64,000 bases of DNA from Penicillus capitatus (lineage: Eukaryota > Plantae > Chlorophyta), in assembly GCA_965649825.1 (NCBI GenBank), contig OZ287696.1, positions 1,942,081 through 2,006,080 of the forward strand, read 5' to 3'. Position 1 is the first letter of the stretch. Each line of letters starts with the position of its first letter. Positions 1 to 12,807 of the stretch are shown here, piece after piece. The position numbers and the translations under genes are program-made. The notes below the pieces were generated by a model. It was not told the origin of the DNA and ran no database searches. It saw only the letters and a program-made list of their open reading frames with translations.

Positions 1-1168
<1,168 letters not shown>

Positions 1169-1308
1169 GCGTTGAAGCGGCTGAACGAGCGAGGCGCAGC
1201 GAACCGGCTTTAGAAGACGACGAAGCGGGGACACATGTGGAAGGCGTATCATCTGTCTTAACGGCTAGAAACACGTTTGCCTTGAATTGAAGGTCATTCT
1301 CCGTCGCG

Positions 1309-2055
1309 ATGTACGGAACCTCGCTCTTTGCGTCGTTGCTGCGTCCACATGGACGACAGACGTGTGCCACGACGCCTTCATTGCGTCGCCGAGCGCATTC
1401 CTCTCCGAATGAAAGCGACGACGTTCATCGGCGCAAAGATATTCGCCTGCCCCAAGGCGTTTGGTGGCTCAAGCACGCAAACGTTCGAGAAGAAGCGGCA
1501 TACGGAGACACATTCGTGATTCATCGTTCCCAAGATGGGCCAAAGGAGCTCGTCCTCGCGCCACAGGAAGAGATGACACTGCAGGTGTGGCAGCCCGCGA
1601 CAGTGGAACGTCAAATCATCGTGCTGCGTTCGCCTTATCACATATTGCCGCCCGAGTTCGACGCCGATGCCGTCGTCGTGGATGTGGAAGTGATGGAGCA
1701 CACGGCGTTGACCTTTGCTGGAGAAGGACCCGTGTGTGAACCTGTTCGTCCCGCGCCTTCGAGTCGAAGACGCACACGGAAAGTGAAATTCACGTGCAAT
1801 CGATGCCAGACCACCACTGAGAAGTTCATCAATCCGCATGCGTGGAATCACGGTGTCGTCTTGTGTCGCTGCGATGGATGCGCCGTCGTGCACATCATTC
1901 GTGACGAAAAAGGCGTTTTCAGTTGTCTCAAAGGACCCGCCTTTCCGCAGAGACTCGATATCCGTATTCCAAAAGGACTGCCACAGAATCCATCGATGCC
2001 GGAGAGAAAACGTGAAGATGGTGATGGTGACGATACAGAATTCTGGTTGTTTTGA
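1309..2055 (+). CDS. DNL-type zinc-finger (Zim17/Hep-like) chaperone, probably organelle-targeted; intronless
   Basis: FTCNRCQTTTEKFINPHAWNHGVVLCRCDGCAVVHIIRD matches the zf-DNL CxxC...CxxC..H pattern. The Arg/Ser-rich N-terminus resembles a transit peptide. Confidence 0.85.
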   Translation: MYGTSLFASLLRPHGRQTCATTPSLRRRAHSSPNESDDVHRRKDIRLPQGVWWLKHANVREEAAYGDTFVIHRSQDGPKELVLAPQEEMTLQVWQPATVERQIIVLRSPYHILPPEFDADAVVVDVEVMEHTALTFAGEGPVCEPVRPAPSSRRRTRKVKFTCNRCQTTTEKFINPHAWNHGVVLCRCDGCAVVHIIRDEKGVFSCLKGPAFPQRLDIRIPKGLPQNPSMPERKREDGDGDDTEFWLF

Positions 2056-2125
2056 AGGGGAGGAAGGAACCGTAGTCATGAAGATGTTTGTACGTCATTC
2101 GATGCTGTTCGAGAACACGGCATGC

Positions 2126-3356
2126 TTATGTTCGTTCTTCTCGAAGAGAAGAATCCGATTCCCCACGTTGTAAAGCTTTCTTCCACATTTGCCGTCCTGT
2201 TTCGATATCTACCGGCCCCGTCGTTGCATTTGGCATCCCGATGTCCTCCAAAGCGTCCTCTCCAGGGAGCAACAGAACTGGATGAAACGGATCCTTTTGG
2301 TTGGAACCTTCGAGAACGCTGTGAAAAGAGTGAGAATCACGATGGCGGTTCAAGCGATAGGTGTGACGCACAGTTTCTTCTCGAGTCCGTGAAAGACAAG
2401 ATGATGCAGTAAGCGATGAAAGGATGCCGACGGAGAGAGTGGCGACGACGGTACGGCGTCGTTGGGAAGAGATGTTTGACGCACGTGTTCAGTGCAGATG
2501 AGATGGGCACCGTGAATGTGTGCCAGAAAGCGAAGGCCTCGGAGCACCATCTGCCGAGATTGATACATTGAGAGATCCATTTTCGATCAGGCAGCATACT
2601 TTCTGCGTCGCGAGAGAGTGCGTCTTTAACGCGTCGTACTTTGTGGCCGCGATGACAATTGCGATGCCACTGTGGTCGATCACATCCCTGTCTGCGTGTT
2701 TGGCAAATGCCAGTTTGCGCGAACGAGCGATGAGCTGTTCGGGTAACTTGGACCTACGGGAACGCAGCTTCGCAAAAGTGGCGTCTTTTCTGTGGCGTAT
2801 CATCTCCATCCAGTAACTGCAGCTTTCTAAGGCGCGGCATGGTTGGGAAAGATCGACGACGATCACGGCGACTGCTGTCGTCACCTGACAGCGCTCTTCT
2901 GCGAGAAAAGCGGTCTGAAAGAGCAGTCTACATGTTTGGATGCGAGGAAGAGGTTTTCAACACGGCACAGTTGCGTCGTGAGCTCCCGCGATCCGCTGAA
3001 CTCCCACAGATGGGCGATGTCTTGTCGGTCGACAGGAACGTCTCGCCGACGACTTCTCGCAAATGCGTAGTTAGCGCCTTTGAAATGGAGTTTCGGCACT
3101 GGACTCTGTACATAAAAAAGTGTGAGAACTGAGCAAAGAACAGGCAAAAAGAGTGACCTTACAACCTTGCAGAAATCGTTGCAGCAGCGTCGTCTTTCCG
3201 CTATGCGCATCACCCACGAAATACACATAGCTCTCGCGTCGCATTGCTGTGCCGAACATCATTGGTCGCGTTCGAGGCAACAAGAAACACACAACCATTG
3301 GCTTTGCCTTTTGTTCCGCCGGTGACCATGTCTCTGATCCACGGATGCGTCATCAT
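2126..3356 (-). CDS. DYNC2LI1: Cytoplasmic dynein 2 light intermediate chain (IFT dynein D1bLIC)
   Basis: P-loop GDAHSGKTTL, DIAHLWEFSGS, VTTAVAVIVVDLSQP, IAIVIAATKYD, LRFLAHIHGAHL and C-terminal LLPGEDALEDIG, joined by ~5 GT-AG introns of ~47-53 nt. The 3' end is uncertain. Confidence 0.82.
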
Positions 3357-3434
3357 TCTCCACCCCTTACTAAATGACAAACAAATGGCGGCGCTTTTGC
3401 ATTGCGCATCGCCCTTCCGAGCATTTTGTTCGTC

Positions 3435-4710
3435 ATGTCTGGAGCGCGTCCGACGGTCAGTGTTTACGATCTTAAAGGCAACGCCGTAGATCAAATGGCG
3501 TTGCCTGCCGTCTTTACGGCGCCGATTCGCACCGATATCGTGCAGTTCGTGCATTCGATCCAGAGACTCAATATGCGTCAGGCGCACTCGGTGAATTCCA
3601 AAGCGGGACACCAGACGAGTGCTGAGTCGTGGGGAACGGGTCGTGCCGTTTCGCGTATCCCTCGTGTTCCCGGAGGAGGAACACACCGTGCAGGGCAGGG
3701 TGCCTTTGGCAATATGTGCCGTGGTGGACACATGTTCGCCCCGACCCATCCTTGGCGCAAATGGCACAAAAAGACGAATAAAAAACTGCGTCGCTTCGCC
3801 CTAGCTTCCGCTATCGCCGCCTCCGCTTTGCCTGCTATTGTCATGTCGCGTGGGCATCAGATTTCAAACGCCCCCGAAATTCCACTCATTGTTGAAGACG
3901 GCATTGAGAGCTTGACGAAAACGAAGACCGTTGTCGAGGTGCTCAAATCTCTGGGTGCATTTGAGGACGTCGAGAGATCCAAGAATTCGAAGCATCTGCG
4001 TCCGGGCAAAGGAAAACACCGCAATGGCAAATGGATCTTCAAAAAAGGACCCTTGATCATCTACGGCCAAGACGGCGGCATTGCAGCCGCATGTCGCAAG
4101 CTTTCGGGGGTCTCGAGCCGAAAAGTCACTCAGTTGGATGTCAAACAAGTAGCGTCTCGTCTGACTTATCATGATGTGACGTGCGCCGCAGTTGGCACCA
4201 GGTGGTCAAGTCGGAAGGTTCGTTATCTGGACGAAAAGCGCATTCGAAGAACTGCATCGTATTTTTGGTGAGCCTCGGCAAAGTGCGGTTCGATGCAGAG
4301 GACTGTGCCGTTTAGGAACAAAAACCGAGACAGCGGAGTTGAAGAAAGGATTCTTGGTTCCCAGTCCCTGTGTCAAGACGGCGGACATGACGCGCATTAT
4401 TCGTTCCGAAGAGGTGCAGGATGTCGTGCGCCCACCCAAGAAAGACTTTACCGCCAAAGCCACGCGCTGCAAGCCAAATCCTCTGCACAACGTCCAAGCC
4501 CTCGAATTGCTCAATCCCTATGCCGCCGCCAAACGCAAAGAGGCGAATGAAGCAGCAGCGCGTCAGGTGAAGAAGGAACGCAAGAAGAAGAAGGTCGATA
4601 AGGAACTGCAGACGGCAAACCGTCTTTTCCGACAAGTGCTCCAGAAGGAGTCGGATTATCAGGGCGAAGATTACGATCAGTTTTCAAAGTGGCTTGGCAT
4701 TACGCAATGA
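3435..4710 (+). CDS. RPL4: 60S ribosomal protein uL4
   Basis: AGHQTSAESWGTGRAVSRIPRVPGGGTHRAGQGAFGNMCRGGHMFAP; LAPGGQVGRFVIWT. Introns 4149-4191 (43 nt) and 4268-4315 (48 nt). Confidence 0.98.
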
Positions 4711-5012
4711 TACTCATGAGCGACAGATGGATGGATGGACTGCGTTACGTATATGCGTGTCATCCATCGGAATATGCGGCCAACGAGCCGTCGAATATTC
4801 GAACGCTGTCTGAGCTACTGCCCATCGTTACGCTGTCTTTGCTTCGTCTTTTCGGATCCGCGTCGCCCGCGATAAAGTAACCGCCTCGAGACGCTCCGGC
4901 CATCGACCACGCGCTTTCCCTGTCCCTATCCTGCCGGTCCTTCTCGCGTCGTGCCTCCTTCAGAAGTGCGCGCGCTGCGTGAGTCCTCGTGTGAGGATAT
5001 GCTGAGGGAGGT

Positions 5013-6512
5013 ATGAGTTGTCGTCTTTCTCCGAGAACTGAAGAAGAACAACAAGAGAATAATACTCAGTGTTTCAGCGGTCTGTTGGACGCAGACTCCG
5101 TTTCCAATCTCACATTCTGGCAGGACGATTTTGACCTACCTGTCAATACTTTACCATTTAACTGCGATACAAACGACCAACAATCGTTCATGAGCACCGG
5201 CAGGAACGACATACCACCGCCACTCGATAGATCAGGCACACAAACTGTAAAGCCAAACATTGAGCTTGGAAACGAGCTCAAACAGGTGGAGATTCATCCA
5301 GAGAGCAAATATGAGAGCACCGTATGTCATGTCTCAGAAATCGCCCTGGCGCAGATGCGTGTGTGTTTTGTAGCTTGATATGTTGAATCCAGCAGCAACC
5401 ATTGCTGGACACGACTTCGAATCGACAACCGTACACATGGCACCCGCCAATATGTACATCCAACATCACGGACTGTGTCATACATTTCCTATGATGCGTA
5501 CGCCATTTCTGACTCCGTGGAGCGGAAGTTTACGAAAGGGTGGTTGATGCTGGTCTAGATGGAATGTCATGTGATCCACGTGAGAATCCCTTTATGGCCA
5601 CAACGCATGTCGTGCCGGCCGCGCATGTGGGACACAGATCCATGACTTCAGGAGTGTCACACAAACAACGACTGAGATGGACCCCTGAACTTCATGCTCT
5701 GTTTGTGGATGCCGTCAAGAGTCTGGGAGGAGCACGAAAGGCCACACCCAAAGGTCTCTCTCGTTGAGTTTGTGTCACTGACCGATCGCGTGTGACGTTT
5801 GCGGTTTCCAGGGATTCTCAAATTAATGAAGATCGACGGCCTGACGATCTTTCACGTAAAGAGTCATCTGCAAAAATACCGTTTAACACCCATGTCAGAA
5901 CCAGATATAAGTTCGCAAGGAAGCGCCAATCCTCTCAATGTACCCATCTCTACCGTTGAGTATCTTCTGTGAGAGCTGTGGGCAGTTTGTCAATGTTTTG
6001 GACGGATTGGATGACCCTCCTCTGAAAATGCCCTCTTTACAGGCATCCACTTCAGAGGGGTTGATGAGTGGTCATGCGACGAAAAAGAGAAAAACAGAAT
6101 CGGGAGAAGAAGATTTGGTGCCGTCCTTGGATGCCGAGATGCTGCAGCATGCAAAGGGTCGTCGACAGAAACTGGAGGAAGCCTTAATTCTGCAAATGCG
6201 AGCTCAGAGACACCTCCAAGATCAGCTCGAAGTACATCCCTCTTTTCGATCACTCTCTCTAAAACGACGAGGCCTGTTCAGTCTCAAAGAAAGCTGCAAC
6301 AGTGCTTAGACGCCCATGCACGTTATATTACAAGTTTGGCGAAGCAAGTGGGTCTCGAGACGAAGTATCCAGAACTTGGAAGTGGCGAAGTGGAGAGTAA
6401 CGATTTCACAGAAACACATAATGGTGATACTGGTGGATCGCCAGATCATCCAACGACTGGCGAATCTGATTCCAAAGGCACAGTCACGCATCTCACTGTT
6501 CGACGGACATGA
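5013..6512 (+). CDS. MYB-CC (GARP/G2-like, PHR1/PSR1-type) transcription factor
   Basis: KQRLRWTPELHALFVDAVKSLGGARKATPK|GILKLMKIDGLTIFHVKSHLQKYRL plus coiled coil LEEALILQMRAQRHLQDQLE|SQRKLQQCLDAHARYITSL. Terminal exons approximate. Confidence 0.88.
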
Positions 6513-6614
6513 GTGTCACAGAGGTCGGAGGAGAAGACGATGAGAAAGCGTCTGTACCATCCGTACTCAACAAGAAACCGCAACACCCTCCTCGGGATCC
6601 TACCTGAATTCTTG

Positions 6615-8454
6615 CTAGAGCGTTAAAAAATTGGTATCTATGATATCACTGTTCTTGTTGTTGTGCGTGCGCATTCTTTGTCTGTGCGTGAAGCAGTCAG
6701 ACTTTAATTTTACTTTGCAGACCAAGTACTGAGAGATTTCTCGAATACCACAAGGAGTCATTATGAATGATGTCGGTTCAATGGTAAAGGCTGTCAATGC
6801 AATGCAGTTTTTCCGGGAATCTAGAAATGGAGACCGGGGAGACAAAAACTCAGTGTATAATGAATTGGGATCCCAAGAGTCGATGCTCTCCTGTCTGCTG
6901 AGCCTTACCATCGACATCCGATAGCAAACCTCAAAACACACACACACTTCAACATCACACCTGTGTGCCAATGCATAACCAGAAAGCGTGTACTGATAGA
7001 GCTTCCCATCGGATGACGCAATGTACAGTACCATCTAAGAGCAGATGTGTGAGATATGTGTGACCTCTAAAGATCGATTCTACCGTATCTGATACAGTCC
7101 CTGTGCCATCCTCCGTCGTATAGGGAATGAGAGATGAGAAACAGCATGTCAAGAAAGTGACATGCGGCACCGAAATCGAAATCACACTTCGAATGGCCTC
7201 CACCTAACACGTCCATTCTCACTCTTGCCCAAATAAACATGTCTTGTCAGTGACGACCAGGTTATCAAGGGGTAAAGACGTCACAGCTGTCAACATACCC
7301 ACAGCAGCAGAGGCGAACGTCGACAGCACCGTCCTGCACAACTGAGTGAACATAGGCATGTCGCTTGCTGACTTGACCTTGTCAGGTGACTCGTGGTGAG
7401 TTTAAATACGTGGACAGTCCCATGACTGCCCACAGCCGCCAACAGTCGTGGATTGCACTCTTCAGGAGTGAATGCGATGCTCAGAATGGATGCCTGAATG
7501 GTGCCTCGTCTCAGCGTGAAGAGCCTCTCTCCGTCGGGGATCGAGAAAACGTGAATTAATGTGCCTTTCTCCGAAGCTGTCGCCATCATCGACGATTCAT
7601 CATTCAATGCCACAATCGACTGAAACATACCACTCTCCGCAACAGCATGCCACGGAAAGGGCATTAGATCACCAATGGGGATTTGTGAGCGTCGATCTCG
7701 ATACGTAGATTGCCGCCGTCTGTCAAAACATCGAACAGACGAACCGATCCCGTTTCGGTAGAAGCTGGCAGAGCCAAGTAGGATGGCCATTCTCCTGCAG
7801 ACAACGCACAAATCCCCTGCCAGTCACATCATCATCCATCAAATGTCCATCCTCCGACTAAGCACACTTCTGGATTCGGCGGCGTCTCGATGACACGGAG
7901 CTTCTGTAGATTCTCGATTTCAGACACAATTGCCTGCGTCTCCAACAGCACCACCAGTCTAGAACAGCAGCAGCATGGTCATAGACGGACTGTCCATGGA
8001 CATCCCATTTCGACCGTTTCTTGTTCATCTTGACAGCAACGATGGAGGATCGAAACATAGAACTCTTGATGACGGACATGGACTGGGTATTCATCAGAAT
8101 GAGTTTTCTTGGACTCAAATGCGGCTGTTCTCCTAATACAGCTGTCACATCATCAGAGTTCCTCCTCTCTTATGTCGCACCTGCACCCACGTAGGCCAGA
8201 AGACTCGTGCAGTAGAGCATCTCGACGATTCTGTGTCGACCACATGTTAGTTGTCTCTTGGAATGGGTGTCTCACTTCACAGCGCCATAGTCTTCACTGA
8301 AGAGTGTGCGTCCCTGTTCGATGTTGAAGATGCGAATTCCGTGCAAGGACCCTACGGCGATGCACGTGGCGTCCTGGTTCACGCTGAGGGACAGAACGCC
8401 AGCATCGTTCACGGTGGTACGTGGGACTCTGCGCATCATCGTCGCACATTGCAT
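6615..8454 (-). CDS. ATG18: PROPPIN/WIPI autophagy protein Atg18
   Basis: SVNQDATCIAVG, IVEMLYCTSLLAYVGA|GEQPHLSPRKL, AHKSPL, MATASEKGTLIHVF, and the phosphoinositide-binding LRRG motif (FTLRRG), then SHGTVHVFKL. ~9 short introns; start and 3' end approximate. Confidence 0.9.
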
Positions 8455-8483
8455 CCATCATTCGCGTTGCTTTTTGGCCCGAT

Positions 8484-9333
8484 ATGCGCGTCGCTGCCTC
8501 ACCGTTGTGTCGTCTGTTGCGTTCGGCAAAAGGGGAGACGACAACAGGATGGAGTGCCTTACTCGCACGCGGTTTTAAGAGAGAATCCCTTGCCGATATC
8601 GAAACGCTACCACTCGAAAAAGAGCCATACTGCCGACAGCGAACGGAACTCGTCCTCGGCGACCGCGTTCCCGTTCTCGCACCGGACGCCTTTGTGGCTC
8701 CCAGTGCCGTTCTCGTCGGTGACGTCGACGTCTACAACAGAGTACACACCAACCGACACGGCATCGTATTCGACAGTCGTCGATCTTGTAGGTCTCCATC
8801 TGGGATGGTTGTGTGCTGCGTGGTGATTTGAATCGTATCCGTGTTATGCATTTTTCGAACATACAAGACCGAACAGTCATTCACGCTGCACGGAGTTCGC
8901 CAACAGGACTGTCCGCAGCAACGACCATAGGCGAGTATGTCACCGTGGGGCCTGGATGTGTGATTCGCTCGTGCAAAATTGGCGATCGGTGTATCATTGG
9001 TGAGCGATCGGTATTGATGGAGGGATCCGTCATCGAGAAGGATGTTATCCTCGAAGCAGGGACAGTGCTACCGCCAGGAAAATACATTCCATCTGGCGAG
9101 GTATGGGGCGGCAATCCTGCACGCTTCATCCGTAAATGTACCAACGATGAAGTGTGTTTGTTCTCTTGTGGCAACATCCACGCCACGGTCGCATGCATTT
9201 CTAGATCGACGACATTGTTCCCACTGCAGAGAAGGCTTTCGAACTCAACTATCGTCACAATTTGGAGTATCTTCCGCATGGAACGGCATGGAGAAAGGCA
9301 CAAAAGCTGCGCGAAGAGGTGGGCATGGTATGA
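8484..9333 (+). CDS. Gamma carbonic anhydrase-like subunit of mitochondrial complex I (hexapeptide repeat)
   Basis: FVAPSAVLVGDVDV|VSIWDGCVLRGDLNRIRV...SNIQDRTVIHA...IGEYVTVGPGCVIRSCKIG...GEVWGGNPARFIR; Arg-rich presequence; two introns. Confidence 0.9.
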
Positions 9334-9485
9334 GTGAGGACACAAGATCTATATCCCTATCTCGTCAGTGCTTTTGGGGAGATGTCAGTGTTGTTGTATT
9401 CTACTCTTGTGGAACGCACGGTCGTTGCTGTCTCTTTGGATGTAAGACGAGATGGAACCATTCTGTTGTGACGTTCTTCTGCGAC

Positions 9486-10292
9486 ATGTTTCGTCGTGGC
9501 GGTCAGACAACGGCGATCAACACTGCGACGCATCGCATCTTACAGACGGCATTTCCTGGTCAATCGACCCACGCTGATATGCAGATCCTACACAACGTGC
9601 TGATGCGTAGACGGGACGCAATTGCACGAGGAATACGCACTCGCCAGTCAAAGAATTGAATGTCTATCTCTTTGTGCCGAAAAAGAAACTCGACTGAGTG
9701 TATCTAGTGCGAAAGATTCGCAGAAAGACGGCTCTAGGAAAGGAGCTTGAGTGGGAATACCTTTATGGCGCGGCGCCGCGTTCTGATGGCGAAGACGTTC
9801 GGGAGAACGCCAACAATGTGAGGTCATCGTCTGTCCCGAATTTCTTTCTGTCAAACGATGTGCAGCCTGTGTGCGTTCGCGAAGACGGACCGCGTCATTT
9901 TCGGTGGCGTATTCGCCAACTTTGGTACTCTGCTGATGTCTTCTCCGTTTCGATCGACCACAAGGAGCAATGCATTATCATCCGCACCTCAAATCACAAG
10001 TCCAAGAAAACACGCAACACAACCTTAGGACCACATCCGTCCTTAGGTACTACAAACGCCTGACGCTGCCCGAAATGAAGATCTGTGAAATCCCACTCGA
10101 CGAAGCGTCTCTCTCGTGGAAATATGAGATGTCGACACTCTTGGTCTCCTACAAAAAACCTGTTCGTGTTCTCGAAGAAGTCGGCATCGATGTCGTGTGA
10201 CAGATTTCGTATGACTGGCTCCGTAGGAAGCGCGTGACAAAGCAGAGGTGAAGCGCGAGTTGCAACAGGACGTCGATTGCAGACAGCAGTAG
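9486..10292 (+). CDS. DPCD: Protein DPCD (deleted in primary ciliary dyskinesia homolog)
   Basis: Spliced FP|DGTQLHEEY...LRKIRRKTALG...FRWRIRQLWYSADVFSVSIDHKEQCIIIRTSNHK|YYKRLTLPE...LDEASLSW..STLLVSYKKP parallels DPCD as recalled; four GT-AG introns of 46-52 nt. Confidence 0.88.
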
Positions 10293-10393
10293 TTTACGAA
10301 ATGCATGAGATGACGGCCATTTTGCTGGGTTGACATCTAAACTGTACCGTCGTTTCATGTCGACTGTGTGTGCATCACGTCGCGTCTTCTCCA

Positions 10394-12086
10394 ATGGATC
10401 GTCTAAGTTTCTCCTCTGACCACGTCAACTATCTCATCTTACGTTACCTCCAAGAAAGCCGTGCGTTTGTTCTATTCTTGTGTCCTTCCATGCTTCACGA
10501 TGGATGGCTGTGAAAGGATTTCTCCATTCGGCATTTACCTTTGCACATGAATGCAATCTCGGTCGAGATGCATTTGAGCCTGGTGAAGTGCCACCCGGTG
10601 CTCTTATCCATATCATACAAAAAGGCTTGCAGTTTATTGAAATGGAGGCAAATGTCTCGAAGGTCGTCATGCTTTTGGTTTGTTTTGTCTCCCGCTGATT
10701 ACATGCGATGCAGGAAGGCGGGGCATTGACGGAATCTTATACCTTCATTGATTCCAAGGAGCTCATGACGAAGAACATCGATGAACTGCGGCATACCGTG
10801 CAGCAGCAGAAGAAGGAGCACATCGGCAACGGTGTCATGCATCAGGACGTTATGCCATCTCTGCAGGAAACCCATCCGGAAGGCGCTACAGAGATGAACG
10901 ATGTCGAGCAGATCTCCCCAGAGAAAATCATCTCCCTCAGGGGACACACGGCAGAGGTCTTCATCTGCTCCTGGAGTCCCACAGAAGACGTTCTGGCCTC
11001 AGGGTTGATCGTCTACATCCGAGAGCAGAGTCATGGACGTGTTGTTTTTAGGTCTGAGGATGCGTCGGCGCGAATCTGGTTTATGAACGATGGAAGGGAT
11101 GCATCCAATGGTCACAGTAATATCGTCCTGCGTCACTTTGGAGAAGCAGGGGCGTCCAGTAAGAGCAAAGATGTCACATCCATGGAATGGAGCCCAGACG
11201 GATCGATGCTCGCCACGGGATCGTACGATGGCCTCGGTCGTATCTGGTCTAAAACAGGGGAGCTTCTCTCGACGTTTGATTATCATCAAGGACCGATCTT
11301 CTCATTGAAATGGAACAGCAATGGGACAGCACTCTTAAGTGGAGGCGTCGACAAAAGGGTCTTTGTGTGGAATGCCATGACGGGCGATGTCATCCAACGG
11401 TTTGAATGTCACACAGGTAATGCACACTCTCTGTCTTGCAGGGCATCCCCTTGTGCTGTTCTTTAGCGGCAGTCTTGGATGTGGATTGGAAAAATCTCAC
11501 AACCTTTGCAACCTGTTCGACAGACAACGGCATTTTTGTCTGTCAGCTTGGGCAGGATCATCCCATCAAAGCGTTTCGAGGACATGGGAACGAAGTAAAT
11601 GCCGTCAAATGGGATCCACAGGGACGTCTCTTAGCTTCCTGTTCAGATGATACCACGGCTCGCATCTGGAGCATAGAACAAGAAATCCCAGTTCTGATTC
11701 TCAGGGGCCACACAAAAGAAATCTATTCAGTTAAATGGCGTCCCAATGGAAGGATGGAGGACAACGGGCAGCTGTCCCAGTACTTAGCTACAGCATCTTT
11801 TGATGCAACCGTAAAAATCTGGGACATCGAGACAGGACACTGTAGACATAACTTAGAAAGCCATTCCATGTCGGTCTACTCAATGGCCTTCAGCCCAGAT
11901 GGACAGTTCTTAGCGAGTGGGTCATTTGATAAAAGCATCTTGATATGGAATGTTGCCGACGGTCGTCTGATTAAGCGATTTGTTGGAAAAGGGGGTATCT
12001 ATGAAGTTTGCTGGAACAGGAATGGTACACGTGTTGCTGCATGTAGCAATAACAAACTCGTGACAGTCCTGGATTTGCGTATGTGA
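10394..12086 (+). CDS. TBL1: TBL1/HOS15-like LisH + WD40 corepressor subunit
   Basis: Lis[41 protein letters not shown], and multiple WD40 repeats ([52 protein letters not shown]); 4 introns. Confidence 0.92.
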
Positions 12087-12528
12087 AAAACGACTCTTTA
12101 ATGTTCTTTTAACCAAGTAGTTGGCAACACAAGTCATCAGAAATGCTTCGGCAAAGCACTTGCCATATAAGAAACGGAATGCGATGCAACCCAAGGGGAA
12201 CTCAAACCGATCGGCGAGTTCGGCGGCGCGCCAAGAAAGAAGGCTCTTTTCCGCGGATCTGGGCGCAAGAAGACTCCCTGTCTTGGAGGAGTGATCCGAC
12301 ACTGTTGAGCTAGCAAGGTTCTTCGGCCCTTCTCTTGGCCTACCTTCCTTAAACAAGGTCGCAACCGACGAGGCACGACGAGACGCAAACGAGGTACGCG
12401 TGGAAGCCTCCTTTCTACATGAGAAGCTCACCGAAAGCAAACCGCCTTAGCAGAGACAAAAAAAACATTCTATTCGGGCACCTGAGTTGGTGTCTATTTT
12501 TTGATCATTGACTAAAGAGGTGAAGGGA

Positions 12529-12807
12529 ATGCATAGAGAAATTCGAGAAAATTATGAGAGGACCACAGAGGCAATGGCGAAAAAACTAGCAGAGAGACGA
12601 CGAAGCGAGAAGACATTGCGCCAAATGAAGCGCGTGTTGTACGACATCGGGCGGTATCCGCGAAGACGAAGAACGAAGGAAGCCGACACGACAGAAGATG
12701 GCACGCGGTCCATCAAGCGCGGTCGGGTCTGCTACATCTGCAGGTGCAAAGGACACCTGGCCAAGGACTGTCTAAAGAAGCCGGCGGCTGCTACGGTTGC
12801 GTCATAG
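12529..12807 (+). CDS. Small basic protein with a single CCHC zinc knuckle
   Basis: 92-aa intronless ORF from ATG with CYICRCKGHLAKDC (CX2CX4HX4C). Confidence 0.6.
   Translation: MHREIRENYERTTEAMAKKLAERRRSEKTLRQMKRVLYDIGRYPRRRRTKEADTTEDGTRSIKRGRVCYICRCKGHLAKDCLKKPAAATVAS

Noticed and set aside
2126-10292. Functional cluster of ciliary genes (DYNC2LI1, DPCD)
   Set aside because: Only two genes, separated by unrelated housekeeping genes; no evidence of co-regulation beyond indicating a flagellated organism.
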